Part shown: one piece after another, positions 62,058 to 64,000 of the stretch | How positions within the stretch are numbered: position 1 is the first letter of the stretch | How the letters are laid out: the number at the start of each line of letters is the position of its first letter | Source: Mobula birostris | Taxonomy: Eukaryota | NCBI RefSeq assembly: GCF_030028105.1 | Contig: NC_092383.1 | Coordinates: forward strand, 86,385,921 to 86,449,920 | Reading direction: 5' to 3' | DNA: 64,000 bases | Notes under the pieces: model-generated | The model's database searches: none | Seen by the model: the letters and a program-made list of their open reading frames with translations, nothing else | Told to the model about the DNA's origin: nothing | Program-made: the position numbers and the translations under genes

Positions 62058-62518
62058 GTCGTGGCATTATCTAGTACCTTTCTTAATTTGGTTTCAGTCG
62101 GCTTCATTGCAAGGGATGTGGCATGCAATTGGTGGATGGATCTCCAATCGAGTAGCAGTTGTCTCAGCAAATGAAGTCCCCACAATGCTGGTCCTTCTGT
62201 TTTTACCACATACAAGCTCAATGTGGCTCACAGTTCTGCATGTCATTCCCACAGGAGTTATCCTTTTACCAGTGTAAGTTCTCAGTTGAATATTTGCAGG
62301 CTTCACTTTGGTATCTTTCAAATGCTGTTTAAACTCATTTTGTGGGATGACTGAAACAGCTGAACTAGTGCCTAATTCCATTTTACTAATTTGTCGTTTA
62401 CTCCTGGTGTAAGCCACATTGCTTGTTTGTTGTTAATTTTCATACAGTAAAGCTCAAGGCTACACAGTCCTGTGTCACTCTCATCATAATCAGATTTTTC
62501 ATCTACAGCATGCAGATT
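62058..62518 (-). mobile_element. Gypsy gag end and aspartic protease region, decayed; resumes at 63979-64000
   Basis: NLHAVDE, KMELGTSSAVSVIP (degenerate D-T-G-S motif), LRTYTG, LYVVKTEGPALWG, LRKVLD. Confidence 0.85.
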
Positions 62519-63978
62519 TGAAACATAGAAAATAGGTGCAGGAGTAGGCCATTCGGCCCTTCGACCCTGCACCGCCATTTATTATGATCATGGCTGATCA
62601 TCCAACTCAGAGCCCTGCACCAGCCTTCCCTCCATACCCTCTGATCCCCCTAGCCACAAGGGCCATATCTAACTCCCTCTTAAATATAGCCAATGAACTG
62701 GCCTCAACTGTTTCCTGTGGCAGAGAATTCCACAGATTCACCACTCTCTGTGTGAAGAAGTTTTTCCTAATCTCAGTCCTAAAAGGCTTCCCCTTTATCC
62801 TCAAACTGTGACCCCTCGTTCTGGACTTCCCCAGCATCGGGAACAATCTTCTTGCATTTAGCCTGTCCAATCCCTTTAGGATTTTATACGTTTCAATCAG
62901 ATCCCCCCTCAATCTTCTAAATTTCAACGAGTACAAGCCTAGTTCATCCAGTCTTTCTTCATATGAAAGTCCTGCCATCCCAGGGATCAATCTGGTGAAC
63001 CTTCTTTGTACTCCCTCTATGGCAAGGATGTCTTTCCTCAGATTAGGGGACCAAAACTGCACACAATACTCCAGGTGTGGTCTCAGCAAGGCCTTGCACA
63101 ACTGCAGTAGTACCTCCCTGCTCCTGTACTCGAATCCTCTCCCTATAAATGCCAGCATACCATTCGCCTTTTTCACCGCCTGCTGTACCTGCATGCCCAC
63201 TTTCAATGACTGGTGTATAATGACACCCAGGTCTCGTTGCACCTCCCCTTTTCCTAATCGGCCACCATTCAGATAATAATCTGTTTTCCTATTTTTGCCA
63301 CCAAAGTGGATAACTTCACATTTATCCACATTAAATTGAATCTGCCATGAATTTGCCCACTCACCCAACCTATCCAAGTCACCCTGCATCCTCTTAGCAT
63401 CCTCCCCTCCTCACAGCTAACACTGCCGCTCAGCTTCGTGTCATCCGCAAACTTGGAGATGCTGCATTTAATTCCCTCATCCAAGTCATTAATATATATT
63501 GTAAACAACTGGGGTCCCAGCACTGAGCCTTGCAGTACCCCACTAGTCACCGCCTGCCATTCTGAAAAGGTCCCGTTTATTCCCACTCTTTGCTTCCTGT
63601 CTGCTAACCAATTCTCTATCCACATCAATACCTTACCCCCAATACCATGTGCTTTAAGTTTGCACACTAATCTCCTGTGTGGGACCTTGTCAAAAGCCTT
63701 TTGAAAATCCAAATATACCACATCCACTGGTTCTCCCCTATCCACTCTACTAGTTACATCCTCAAAAAATTCTGAGATTCGTCAGACATGATTTTCCTTT
63801 CACAAATCCATGCTGACGTTGTCCGATGATTTCACCACTTTCCAAATGTGCTGTTATCACATCTTTGATAACTGACTCCAGCAGTTTCCCCACCACCGAC
63901 GTTAGCCTAACTGGTCTATAATTCCCTGGTTTCTCTCTCCCTTTTTTTTTTTAAAAAGTGGGGTTACATTAGCCACCC
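62519..63978 (-). mobile_element. Young 5'-truncated CR1 inserted in the Gypsy gag
   Basis: RT ORFs 62607-63745; the flanks rejoin as gcactaatctgcatg (STNLH) with about a 2-bp overlap. Confidence 0.95.
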
Positions 63979-64000
63979 TTAGTGCTTTTTCGAAGCTGCA

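Overview
Eukaryotic, repeat-dense window. The CR1, Rex1/Babar, V-SINE, Penelope-like and Tc1 repeat content suggests a cartilaginous fish, probably a ray (inference). No prokaryotic features or CRISPR arrays were seen. Two systems stand out. (1) A minus-strand tandem cluster of Ig-superfamily immune-receptor exons. It has three signal-peptide exons behind conserved ETS/RUNX motifs, six CD300/pIgR/TREM-type four-cysteine V exons (two intact) and four C2-type exons (one intact). It also has small phase-1-to-2 connector exons, one Lys/Arg-containing transmembrane exon and a probable short tail exon. These pieces splice into an open L-V(-V)-C2-connector-TM-tail frame resembling skate MDIRs, surrounded by birth-and-death debris. 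(2) At 57.9-64 kb, a Gypsy LTR element whose RT/RNaseH/integrase region is replaced by an intronless, decayed fragment of the host splicing-factor mRNA RBM25. Three young CR1 insertions later split this element, one with a clean 7-bp target-site duplication. All alignments and translations were done by eye, and repeat boundaries are approximate.
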